Shown here one piece after another: positions 52,611-60,967 of a stretch of DNA of 64,000 nt. The DNA comes from Minisyncoccota bacterium (GTDB lineage: Bacteria; Patescibacteriota; Minisyncoccia; Phycocordibacterales; SBAW01): contig DASZRD010000004.1 of assembly GCA_035549255.1 (NCBI GenBank), positions 72,667 to 136,666 on the forward strand, read 5' to 3'. The notes beneath the pieces were generated by a model. It saw only the letters and a program-made list of their open reading frames with translations. It was not told the origin of the DNA and made no database searches. Numbering within the stretch: position 1 is the stretch's first letter; every line of letters starts with the position of its first letter. The position numbers were made by a program, and so were the translations under genes.

Positions 52611-55058
52611 TTGTATGCCGGCATGTACAGGAAGGCACTGTGGGTCGCACTGGCAGCGGGAGGCGCCTTATTGTGGGCGGCGCCGGCATTTGCCAACACA
52701 ACCAACCTCTCATTCAACCCCTCCTATGCTGCGCAGCCGTTCTCCTTCTACTGCGACCCGTATAAATACTCGTTTGAGGACGGAAGGCACTACGTCGTAA
52801 GCACCACGACCGGCTCCGCATGCTATTTCACTATTCCATCGGCTGTCACGGGCTCTAAAATCATCGCGATATACAAAGGTGTGCCGGGCAACGCCACCTT
52901 CGTCGCAGGCGACCAGGTGATCGGCGGCGAACCGACCTTCATACAAGAGACAAGCGCCGGCTTCGGCAGCCCCGCGCAAGATCAAGATTATTTTGCCGTG
53001 GTGTATGGCTATAACAACAGCGACGAGGGCAAGGCCTTCGACCAGGAGTTGCGCTCGAGCTCCTCTACCGTGATAACCCCGCCGAGCGGCGGTTACGCGG
53101 TCATCACGTGGAAGTGGGGCGCGCAGCCGCCAAGCGAGTTCGAGCCGGTCATCATAATCCCCGGCATCCTGGGCTCGTGGTACAAAGATTCCGTTGCTGA
53201 CCATATCGATGGCAACGGCGGCGAGTGGGTACTCGACCCAATCGCGCATACGTATGACAATCTCATCGATACGCTGCTTGCTAATGGATATGTCGAGAAC
53301 AAAACACTCTTTACGTTCCCTTATGATTGGGAGGAGCCAAATGAGGTGACAGCCAATCTCCTCGCGCAGAAGATCCAATCGATCAAAGAGATCTGCGGCT
53401 GCTCGCGTGTAGACTTGGTCGGCCACTCCATGGGCGGGCTTGTAGCCGAGCAATACGTCATAAGCACCGATTACCAAGACGATGTCGACCAAATAATTTT
53501 CTTGGCTACACCCCTCTTAGGAGCGCCTGAAGCATATCAGGCATGGGAGGGAGGAGAAGTACACTTCAGCAATGCTAGACAAAATGCATTTATGCAAACT
53601 AAGTTTTGGGCAGAGGCTGAAGAAAACGGCTACACGAATGTCTATGATTACATTCAAGGCAAGCCTATAGAGTCAATACAGGAGCTGCTGCCCATTACCG
53701 ACTACCTTTACGACAACACGGTCGGCGAGCGCGTATATCCGAGCGGCTATCCAGTAAACGGATTTATCGAAAATATCATTAAACACCTGAATGTTATTAT
53801 AAATAATATCCGTACAACCGTTGTCGTTGCCGATAACGGGCTTACCGATACGCCGAGCGCCTTTGTCGTTGAGCCAGCCACCACTTCTTCAAAATGGAAG
53901 GACGGCGAGATCACCGACACCTTTTATGACCTCGGCGACGGCACAGTACCGCGCTCAGATATAGAAGGCGTGTACGGAGCAAATGCCGACAAATACTTTT
54001 ATGGTACTGATCATATCGGCGTAGTCTCCACGAGCAGTGCGTACGTATTTAGTCGGCTAACCAATGGCACGGCATCGGCAATCGTCAATAATAGCTATGA
54101 TCAATTTAGATCATTTGTATGGTTCTATCTACTCTCCCCCGTTGACATGGAGATAACTGCGCCCGATGGCAAGCATTTAGGCAGAGATCTATCAGGTGCC
54201 TCTGAGGTAGATGAAATCCCCGGGGCCTTTTACTCAGGCTTTGGCGGCGACGGCCCGGAGTATGCGATCATACCAGACCCATTGCCAGGAACTTACCAAG
54301 TAATTACCATTGGTACCGGCAGCGGCGGTACCTACCGGGTTGGCGCGGACTACTTTAATGGCTCGACCACAACAGAAGCGTTGCTAATGGGCTCGACTAC
54401 ACCCGGACAGATCATCGCCCATTCTGCATTTATTTCTTCGACAAGCACTGCCGTGATTCTTAAAGCCGACGCCCCTGCCCCGCAGGCGGACACGCAGCCA
54501 CCCCTTATCACCATCACGAGCCCGCAGACCGGCAGGCAATATACGCATGCCGATACTATCAAAATCGCGGCGACAATCGCGGACGACTCCCCTATCGCGA
54601 GCACTACGTATCTCTTCAATGGCAAGAAGATAAATGCCTCGACTCCATTATCGCTCGCGGGGGTGCCGCTCGGCACTTCTACCATCACGGTCTTGGCGGC
54701 AGACAAATTCGGCAACATCGGCTCGAGCAGTATCCAGATCGGTATTATCGCAACGCCCGATAGCTGCCTATGGGACTTGGCGCTCGCTTACAAGAATAAA
54801 TGGATTGCCAAGAAAAATGTCTATGACGCTCTGGTAGGGCAATGCAATTCGATCAAAAACCTCTTTAAGGACCGTGATGGCTGGAGCAAGTTCCCCATCT
54901 TCTTGCGGGACAAAAAGACTTCGCAGCTTATCCAAAGCAACTTTTCTTCGATCCAATCCGCGTTTAATCTCTTTGACCAGTGGATAAAAGATAAGAGCAA
55001 CACCAAAGACGCGGTACAATTGCTTAACCAAAATCTACAATGGTTCAAAAGTCACTAG
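52611..55058 (+). CDS. Paralogous giant secreted alpha/beta-hydrolase protein with a different, low-GC C-terminal domain
   Basis: The first ~715 aa are collinear with 49398..52553, with the same N-motif ANTTNLSFNPSYAAQPF, the canonical GHSMGG nucleophile elbow and an Ig-like repeat. The last ~100 aa (DSCLWDLALAYKNKW...QWFKSH) are unrelated and AT-rich. Confidence 0.8.
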   Translation: MYAGMYRKALWVALAAGGALLWAAPAFANTTNLSFNPSYAAQPFSFYCDPYKYSFEDGRHYVVSTTTGSACYFTIPSAVTGSKIIAIYKGVPGNATFVAGDQVIGGEPTFIQETSAGFGSPAQDQDYFAVVYGYNNSDEGKAFDQELRSSSSTVITPPSGGYAVITWKWGAQPPSEFEPVIIIPGILGSWYKDSVADHIDGNGGEWVLDPIAHTYDNLIDTLLANGYVENKTLFTFPYDWEEPNEVTANLLAQKIQSIKEICGCSRVDLVGHSMGGLVAEQYVISTDYQDDVDQIIFLATPLLGAPEAYQAWEGGEVHFSNARQNAFMQTKFWAEAEENGYTNVYDYIQGKPIESIQELLPITDYLYDNTVGERVYPSGYPVNGFIENIIKHLNVIINNIRTTVVVADNGLTDTPSAFVVEPATTSSKWKDGEITDTFYDLGDGTVPRSDIEGVYGANADKYFYGTDHIGVVSTSSAYVFSRLTNGTASAIVNNSYDQFRSFVWFYLLSPVDMEITAPDGKHLGRDLSGASEVDEIPGAFYSGFGGDGPEYAIIPDPLPGTYQVITIGTGSGGTYRVGADYFNGSTTTEALLMGSTTPGQIIAHSAFISSTSTAVILKADAPAPQADTQPPLITITSPQTGRQYTHADTIKIAATIADDSPIASTTYLFNGKKINASTPLSLAGVPLGTSTITVLAADKFGNIGSSSIQIGIIATPDSCLWDLALAYKNKWIAKKNVYDALVGQCNSIKNLFKDRDGWSKFPIFLRDKKTSQLIQSNFSSIQSAFNLFDQWIKDKSNTKDAVQLLNQNLQWFKSH

Positions 55059-55471
55059 CAGCTTCTGTTGTTAAAAGCATTTTCCTCCGGATATTGCTTG
55101 TGTTTGCAGCTCTTGTGATTGGCGGCTTTTTCTTTCCAATTACAATTGAGAATTTTGTTACTCACACACTAGGTTACCATAATCCTCCAGGTTTTCTCGA
55201 TATGCCTAGCTGGGCAGATTGGAGCCTTTCATGGGACATGGCTTCAATTTTTTGGGCTGGCATTTTATATGGCACTCTGGGTAAAAAAATAGATTATATT
55301 TTTATTACTGGGCTTTTTATCCTCTGCTCGCTGGACTTCTTCTTTACCGAAAACATGACGCCGCTGGTTTATTCGGGGTTGGTTGGAGCAACGGTACTAG
55401 GAGTTGTAATTGGTTACATCATAAATATCGCTCGCAAGAGGCTCTTCCCTACCAGCTGGATCGGGCGATAG
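55040..55471 (+). CDS. Low-GC 4-TM membrane protein immediately downstream of (overlapping) the paralog-2 C-terminal cassette
   Basis: It is a hydrophobic 143-aa ORF of ~38% GC, continuous in composition with the preceding gene's 3' end. Confidence 0.5.
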   Translation: MVQKSLAASVVKSIFLRILLVFAALVIGGFFFPITIENFVTHTLGYHNPPGFLDMPSWADWSLSWDMASIFWAGILYGTLGKKIDYIFITGLFILCSLDFFFTENMTPLVYSGLVGATVLGVVIGYIINIARKRLFPTSWIGR

Positions 55472-55535
55472 GCCTGTTGAGAAATATTCTGGGCCAGCGT
55501 ATAGTCCGGCTAGAACCACATCATAGGAGGACACT

Positions 55536-56018
55536 TTGGAGAGCGCCGAGAAGTACCAACCTTATATTATCAAAGAGTATCCGCACTGGACGCTCTTTCT
55601 CAACCAGAAGCAGATGCCGTATGTCGGCCAATGCTATGCCTGGTGGAAGGACAACCACCCCGGCAAGGGCGAAGGCATGTCGCCATTCCATCTTACCGGC
55701 AGAGACTTGGTAGAAGTATTCCACATGATCTACCAAGACGTGCTCATAGGGTGTAAGACGCTCGGTCATCGGACCGATCGGCTCGGCCAGGGCTTCCGCC
55801 TTAATGTGGCGCACTTGGCAAACGAGCCTATCCATAATCACCAGATGCATTGGCACTTCGTGCCGCGGTTTGCCGAGCCGGTGCGCGTGCAAGCGTTGCT
55901 CGGGCGTACGTTCGAAGACCTTATTGCGCACGAGAATTACGCGCACATCAAAGAGCTTGCGCTTCCTCACGAGGAGCTTCTGGTCATCCGCGACACGATG
56001 GCAGAGGCGATCATATGA
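55536..56018 (+). CDS. HIT-family (histidine triad) nucleotide hydrolase/transferase
   Basis: The histidine triad motif is HNHQMHWHFVPR. A GGAGG Shine-Dalgarno sequence lies upstream, and a terminator hairpin follows at 56024-56060. Confidence 0.8.
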   Translation: MESAEKYQPYIIKEYPHWTLFLNQKQMPYVGQCYAWWKDNHPGKGEGMSPFHLTGRDLVEVFHMIYQDVLIGCKTLGHRTDRLGQGFRLNVAHLANEPIHNHQMHWHFVPRFAEPVRVQALLGRTFEDLIAHENYAHIKELALPHEELLVIRDTMAEAII

Positions 56019-56023
56019 GATTA

Positions 56024-56060
56024 CAGCGCGCAGGTACTCCTGCGCGCTGTTTGTTATTTA
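56024..56060 (+). terminator. Rho-independent terminator after HIT gene
   Basis: CAGCGCGCAGG-TACT-CCTGCGCGCTG is followed by TTTGTTATTTA. Confidence 0.5.
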
Positions 56061-56111
56061 TCTACGCATAGGGTAAGGTGCGAATAGGAGGTACATGAAA
56101 GGAGACGAGCC

Positions 56112-56369
56112 ATGCGCATTGAAGTCTTGCGGCTGCGAGCGCTCCCCGAGATGGCCCCGCAGCAAACCGACGGCGTTCCTATCGATCGACTGAAGGCCGT
56201 GGTACAGGAGTGGTCAGAGCACAACCCGGAGCTTCATCCCATCCGCGTGACCTTGAAGCTGCCTGGCAGCAGAGAGATCGAGGCAGAGCTTGCGTATCGG
56301 GGCGGGGCGATCCTGATCGACCTCCCGCCCGAGGCGCACCAGTTCAACAGCGGAGATTCAAGAAGCTGA
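56112..56369 (+). CDS. Small hypothetical protein (85 aa)
   Basis: An AAAGGAG Shine-Dalgarno sequence precedes it, and a hairpin terminator (GGGCCCGCGC-ATA-GCGCGGGCC-TTTT) follows at 56392-56420. Confidence 0.5.
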   Translation: MRIEVLRLRALPEMAPQQTDGVPIDRLKAVVQEWSEHNPELHPIRVTLKLPGSREIEAELAYRGGAILIDLPPEAHQFNSGDSRS

Positions 56370-56428
56370 AGGCGTCCGACATACGTGCAGGGCCCGCGCA
56401 TAGCGCGGGCCTTTTACTTTAGGAACCA

Positions 56429-56983
56429 TTGCCGCAGCGGCCTTTTCCTGCTATAGTACAGGGCACACCTTTGGATACTACTCGCATTAACCACCAAATC
56501 CGCGCGGCAGAAGTCCGCGTCGTCGGCCCTGAGGGAGAGAACCTCGGGGTGCTCTCCCTTTCCGACGCCTTGCAGCGCGCCCAGGACGTCGGCCTCGACC
56601 TTATCGAGATCTCCCCCAACGCCGTCCCCCCGGTTGCAAAAATAATGGAATATGGTAAATTCCAATACGAACAGCAGAAGAAAAGGCGAGAAATAAAGGC
56701 CAAATCCCACACCACCGAGACCAAAGGGGTCCAGGTCAAGATTGGCACCGGCGACCACGACCTCAACCTCAAGGCCCGCAAGGCGGCCGAGTGGCTGGGA
56801 GAAGGGCACCGGGTCAAGGTAGACCTTTTTTTGTGGGGACGGTACAAGTACATGGAATTCAATTTCCTTAAGGACCGCCTCGAGCAATTTTTGAAGCTGA
56901 TTCCGCAGGAGTATAAGATAGCCGAGCCGATCGGCAAGAGCCCCAAGGGCCTATCGACCACGCTCGAGCGTGCGAAGAAATAA
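56429..56983 (+). CDS. infC: Translation initiation factor IF-3
   Basis: The N-domain is INHQIRAAEVRVVGPEGENLGVLS and the C-domain is conserved. The true start may be the in-frame ATT at 56486. Confidence 0.9.
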   Translation: MPQRPFPAIVQGTPLDTTRINHQIRAAEVRVVGPEGENLGVLSLSDALQRAQDVGLDLIEISPNAVPPVAKIMEYGKFQYEQQKKRREIKAKSHTTETKGVQVKIGTGDHDLNLKARKAAEWLGEGHRVKVDLFLWGRYKYMEFNFLKDRLEQFLKLIPQEYKIAEPIGKSPKGLSTTLERAKK

Positions 56984-56985
56984 TC

Positions 56986-57180
56986 ATGAAAACCAACAAA
57001 TCATTCACCAAGCGCCTCAAGATTACCCGCACGGGGAAGATTGTCGCGCGCAAGCCGGGTCAGAACCACTTTAATGCCAAGGAGAACCGCGCGAGTCAGC
57101 TCAACGGCCGCCGCAGCCAATCCCTCACACTCACGAGCAAGGTGAAGCAGCGCTATATAAACACCGCAAGTGTTAACTAA
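56986..57180 (+). CDS. rpmI: 50S ribosomal protein L35
   Basis: MKTNKSFTKRLKITRTGKIVARKPGQNHF is typical of L35. Confidence 0.9.
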   Translation: MKTNKSFTKRLKITRTGKIVARKPGQNHFNAKENRASQLNGRRSQSLTLTSKVKQRYINTASVN

Positions 57181-57185
57181 CTACT

Positions 57186-57536
57186 ATGGCACGCGTAAAA
57201 GGAGGTCCGAAAAATAAGACGCATCGCAAGAATATCCTTAAGCAGACTAAGGGGTACCGCTTCTCGCGCTCCAAAAAGGTCCGTGCTGCCAAGGAAGCGA
57301 TCTTCCACGCGGGCAAGTACGCCTTCGCACACCGCCGCGACAAGAAGAACGATTTCCGCAAGCTCTGGAACGTACAGCTCAGCGCCGGCCTCAAGGAAGT
57401 CGATCAGAAACTCTCCTACAGCAAGTTTATCGGTACGCTCCACAAGAAGAATGTCGCTGTCAACCGCAAGATGCTCGCGGAGATGGCACAGAAGTCCCCC
57501 GCTTCATTCTCCCGCCTCGTCAAGAAGCTCGCTTAA
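57186..57536 (+). CDS. rplT: 50S ribosomal protein L20
   Basis: MARVKGGPKNKTHRKNILKQTKGYRFSRSK is typical of L20. Confidence 0.92.
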   Translation: MARVKGGPKNKTHRKNILKQTKGYRFSRSKKVRAAKEAIFHAGKYAFAHRRDKKNDFRKLWNVQLSAGLKEVDQKLSYSKFIGTLHKKNVAVNRKMLAEMAQKSPASFSRLVKKLA

Positions 57537-57553
57537 CTAACTACCAAACAAAA

Positions 57554-57586
57554 CCCCCGCCGATTGGCGGGGAGTTTTATTTTTCT
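57554..57586. terminator. Rho-independent terminator of the infC-rpmI-rplT operon (also closes the convergent gene 57577..58080)
   Basis: CCCCCGCC-GATT-GGCGGGG is followed by AGTTTTATTTTTCTT. Confidence 0.6.
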
Positions 57587-58080
57587 TCAGCAAATTGCAT
57601 TTGGGGTTCACTAACACCAGTAACATTCAGAACAACCTCTAGTGGTACTTCCGAAACCATTTCAAAGTCCTTTCCATCGCGGATTAAGACTCTAAAAAGA
57701 TATTCCCCAGCAAGGGTAGTAGGCAATATTTGCCAGTTTATTCTTGTTCGTAATCGGCGGAAGTGTTGAAACTCAGGACTAAACTCCATTGTCTGTAACA
57801 ACTTACCTTTCGGATCGATTAATTCTATTTTGGCATCAAATCCGAATGACTCAAGCTCCGCACCCGTGTCTCGACGCCATAACGTTACAAGTTCTCTGTT
57901 AAAGAAGATACCTTGTGGATTTTGATCCGTCTCTGGAGCTTCCCCCACATGAACCGAGATGGCCTTTGGAATATTGATTTGTTCCGTTATATTGAACAAC
58001 GTAATATTATTACTATCGCTATCAATAGTACTTTTCTCGCATAGAACAGACCAGACGTGTTTTGCTTTTTGTATTTTCAT
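57577..58080 (-). CDS. Hypothetical 167-aa protein, third gene of a low-GC toxin-antitoxin-like operon
   Basis: GC is ~40%. Its start codon is 3 nt after the stop of the upstream HTH gene, suggesting translational coupling. It has no recognisable motif and no TM helix. Confidence 0.5.
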   Translation of the reverse strand: MKIQKAKHVWSVLCEKSTIDSDSNNITLFNITEQINIPKAISVHVGEAPETDQNPQGIFFNRELVTLWRRDTGAELESFGFDAKIELIDPKGKLLQTMEFSPEFQHFRRLRTRINWQILPTTLAGEYLFRVLIRDGKDFEMVSEVPLEVVLNVTGVSEPQMQFAEEK

Positions 58081-58082
58081 AA

Positions 58083-58496
58083 CTATTTTGTTGGCACTTG
58101 AATAATCTGAGTAGTTTCTGCTTTATTGGATTGCTGTGGCACGAGAACAAAGTTGACCGAATGTCTGTTGAGCGGTTTAACCTTTAGATTCTCATTTTTT
58201 GCTGTTTGATGTTCAGTAAGTTGAAATTTGAGTTCACACCCTAGAGCTTCCACTACTGACAACAAAAAAGACAAACTTGGTAGGGCTGAGCCGTTCTCAA
58301 GTCGAGCAATACCAGATTGATGTGTACTAACACGTTGTGCCAGGCCATCTTGAGTTAGTTTGAGCCTCAATCGCTGCTCTTTAACTTGTCGCGCAATAGA
58401 ATACATGAGATTGCGTTCACGAGACAATCTTAGATACTCGGCCTGCAGTAGACGATTATTACTCAATTTTTTCTTCTTATATTCCTCGTATTTCAT
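58083..58496 (-). CDS. XRE-family HTH protein (HigA-like antitoxin with ~45-aa N-terminal extension)
   Basis: The HTH is LKLTQDGLAQRVSTHQSGIARLENGSALPSLSFLLSVVEALG. The N-terminal part is Lys-rich. Confidence 0.7.
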   Translation of the reverse strand: MKYEEYKKKKLSNNRLLQAEYLRLSRERNLMYSIARQVKEQRLRLKLTQDGLAQRVSTHQSGIARLENGSALPSLSFLLSVVEALGCELKFQLTEHQTAKNENLKVKPLNRHSVNFVLVPQQSNKAETTQIIQVPTK

Positions 58497-58505
58497 ATGT
58501 ATTCT

Positions 58506-58829
58506 TTATCTTGTCCTTATAATGGCAAGCTCTATATCGCGGCGGCGGAGCGTTCCATCATAATTTTTAACAATGCCATGACTGACTACAAAAATCTCGC
58601 CCTCAAAACGCCCGCAAAGGTATATCAGCGGCTTACCTCTAAATTTGAGTTTCAGAACTCGTTCCTTACACGGAAGGAACGTGAGCAACCCCTCCTGATG
58701 TAAGCGTTGTCGTCCTAGACGGGCATAGTGGTCTATCCTCTCAAGGATATCCGCTAAAAACTTCGGCCCATACTGAGCTTCCATATCATTCAAAAAATTT
58801 TCTGCAGTTGTTCTGATCACGAATTCCAT
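58506..58829 (-). CDS. HigB/Gp49-like (RelE/ParE superfamily) putative toxin
   Basis: It is ~107 aa, and the C-terminal segment EIFVVSHGIVKNYDGTLRRRDIELAIIR resembles the Gp49/HigB motif. The toxin-first, HTH-second order is typical of HigBA. Confidence 0.55.
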   Translation of the reverse strand: MEFVIRTTAENFLNDMEAQYGPKFLADILERIDHYARLGRQRLHQEGLLTFLPCKERVLKLKFRGKPLIYLCGRFEGEIFVVSHGIVKNYDGTLRRRDIELAIIRTR

Positions 58830-58969
58830 AATATATTAATATTGTAATAAATACAAATCCGCCTAGCAAGCGCAAGGGCTGTGAGTAACAGTCTACAGAA
58901 TATCTACGGTAGTTCGTCAAGATCTAACTCCGGGACTCTGACAATCTATCCAAGCTCTTAGGGTTTTGT

Positions 58970-59587
58970 TTAGAGATTCACCGTCGGTTGGTCGGTAGGT
59001 GAAAAGTGGAACGACGCCCTGTTTATTTTGTCTTTGTTGACCATCTCTATCACGCGCTCGACAAGCGCCTTGGGGTCGGTGTCGAAGATGATGCGGTCGT
59101 TGGGGCGGTGGCCATTCTCGATAATATCTTTTATTACTTCATCAGTCTCCCAGTCAGCCTCAAGGATGCCGATCGGTTTCTTATCCTCGAATGCGATCGT
59201 AAACTCGTGGATGGTGCCAATACGCCCGCAGCCGAAGAAGACCGCGTCGCTCGCACGCGTGAGGATGAGGTCGCGGCCCGGGTAGCCGAAGCCGGTGTAG
59301 ACGATCACATCCATGTACTCAATCGGCAGGTTGTACATCTCGACGTGCTCCTTCTCGGTATTAGCCGGAGAGAAGCCGAGGCTAAATCCCCCCGCCCGCT
59401 TGGCACCCATAGCGCTCCACAGCGGGAAGCCGGTCGTGGCGCCGGTAACGATAATGGCGCCATGCTTGGCGATTTGACGCCCAAGCTCGACGCCCTTATC
59501 GTACGCGTCGATGCCGCAGTGGCCGGTCTCCGCAGCACCGGAGACGCAGAGCTTGAGCTGTAAGTGGGTCTGCTTGGGGTCCATCAA
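58970..59587 (-). CDS. LOG-family / TIGR00725-type Rossmann-fold protein
   Basis: CVSGAAETGHCGIDAYDKGVELGRQIAKHGAIIVTGATTGFPLWSAMGAKRAGGFSLGFSP matches the LOG-like family. Confidence 0.7.
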   Translation of the reverse strand: MMDPKQTHLQLKLCVSGAAETGHCGIDAYDKGVELGRQIAKHGAIIVTGATTGFPLWSAMGAKRAGGFSLGFSPANTEKEHVEMYNLPIEYMDVIVYTGFGYPGRDLILTRASDAVFFGCGRIGTIHEFTIAFEDKKPIGILEADWETDEVIKDIIENGHRPNDRIIFDTDPKALVERVIEMVNKDKINRASFHFSPTDQPTVNL

Positions 59588-59599
59588 TTCAATTTTACA

Positions 59600-60967
59600 C
59601 TAGAAATCGATCGCGATGCTCTCCCCTGCCTGCGGCGCGACCGCTTTGAGGCTCAAATAGTCTCGGATGCGCTGTACCAGAAAGGCCGATGATGCCGGCT
59701 CGCCCATCACAACGAATACTTCTTTTATTGACGGGGCCGCCTTGTTAACAAATTCGAGCAGCTGCTCGCCGTCCATGTGCGCTGAGTAACCGTAATTGGC
59801 CTCGATATGGCAATGCACCTGGACTTCTTGCCCCATAACCCGCACTTCGCGGTCGCCCTCGATCAATCGGCGGCCGAGGCTCCCCGCCGCCTGGTAGCCG
59901 ACGATGAGCACTGTCGACTTCTCGTCCGGCAAAACCCGCTGATGATAAGTATGCACGCGGCCGCCGTTGCTCATGCCCGAGCCCGCGAGCACGATCTTGG
60001 GGCCGGGGAGCGCGGCGACCTTCGAGGACTCCTGCGGGTCCTCGACAAAACGCAGCTCAGGGAACGAGAAGATATGCTCGCCCGCCTCGATGCGCGAACG
60101 CACGGGTTCGGCAAAATACTGCGGATATTTGAGATACGCTTCGGTTATCTTGGATGCCAGCGGTGAGTCGACATAGACCGGCATCGAGGGCACGCGTTTC
60201 TCTATCATGAGGTCGCGGATCTCGAAGAGGAGGTCTTGTGTGCGCTCGGTCGAGAACGCGGGGATAAGCAGAGTACCGTCGCGCGCAGCCGTATCTTCTA
60301 TTGTATCCTCGAGCATCTCGCGGCGATTAGCGTCGTTGCCCCGTACGCGGTCGCCATAGACGCTCTCCATCACCAAGTACTGGACTCCGGCAATCGGGTC
60401 TGTCGGCGACAAGAGCGGCGAGTTGCCGCCGCCCAAGTCGCCGGTAAAGATGATCTCCTTCCCTTCCCTCGTAAACTTAGCCATCGCCGAGCCGAGGATG
60501 TGACCGGAGTTAAGAAGCTCAAGCGTGACGCCGCCACCCATATCCTGCGGCATATGATAGGTGACGCCCTCCCACAGCGTCATCGCATGCGCGACATCCT
60601 CCGTAGTATAGAGCAGTTCTTTGCCGTGCTTGCGCGCGTCGTGCGCCAGAAGCTCCATACTGTCTAAAAGCAGCGGCTCCGCCAGAGCTTTGGTCGCCTC
60701 GGTCGAAATGATGCGGCCTCTGAAGCCCTCGCGCACAAGCTTGGGGATGCGGCCGATATGGTCGATATGCGCATGCGTGACGACGAGCGCGGGAATGCTC
60801 GCAGGGTCGTAGGGGAACTTCTGCCAATTAACGTCCTCGGCGGTATGCCTTCCCTGGGTAAGCCCGCAATCAATCAGTATTTTGATAGTATCGGCATCAA
60901 GCAGGAAATTGGAACCCGTAACGATACCCGCTCCTCCATGAAAATAAATTTTTGAGCTATCAGCCAT
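59600..60967 (-). CDS. Beta-CASP metallo-beta-lactamase ribonuclease (RNase J-like)
   Basis: The HxHxDH motif VVTHAHIDHIG and beta-CASP motifs are present. The start was trimmed to MADSSKIYFHGGAGIV, giving an 8-nt overlap with the upstream gene. Confidence 0.85.
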   Translation of the reverse strand: MADSSKIYFHGGAGIVTGSNFLLDADTIKILIDCGLTQGRHTAEDVNWQKFPYDPASIPALVVTHAHIDHIGRIPKLVREGFRGRIISTEATKALAEPLLLDSMELLAHDARKHGKELLYTTEDVAHAMTLWEGVTYHMPQDMGGGVTLELLNSGHILGSAMAKFTREGKEIIFTGDLGGGNSPLLSPTDPIAGVQYLVMESVYGDRVRGNDANRREMLEDTIEDTAARDGTLLIPAFSTERTQDLLFEIRDLMIEKRVPSMPVYVDSPLASKITEAYLKYPQYFAEPVRSRIEAGEHIFSFPELRFVEDPQESSKVAALPGPKIVLAGSGMSNGGRVHTYHQRVLPDEKSTVLIVGYQAAGSLGRRLIEGDREVRVMGQEVQVHCHIEANYGYSAHMDGEQLLEFVNKAAPSIKEVFVVMGEPASSAFLVQRIRDYLSLKAVAPQAGESIAIDF

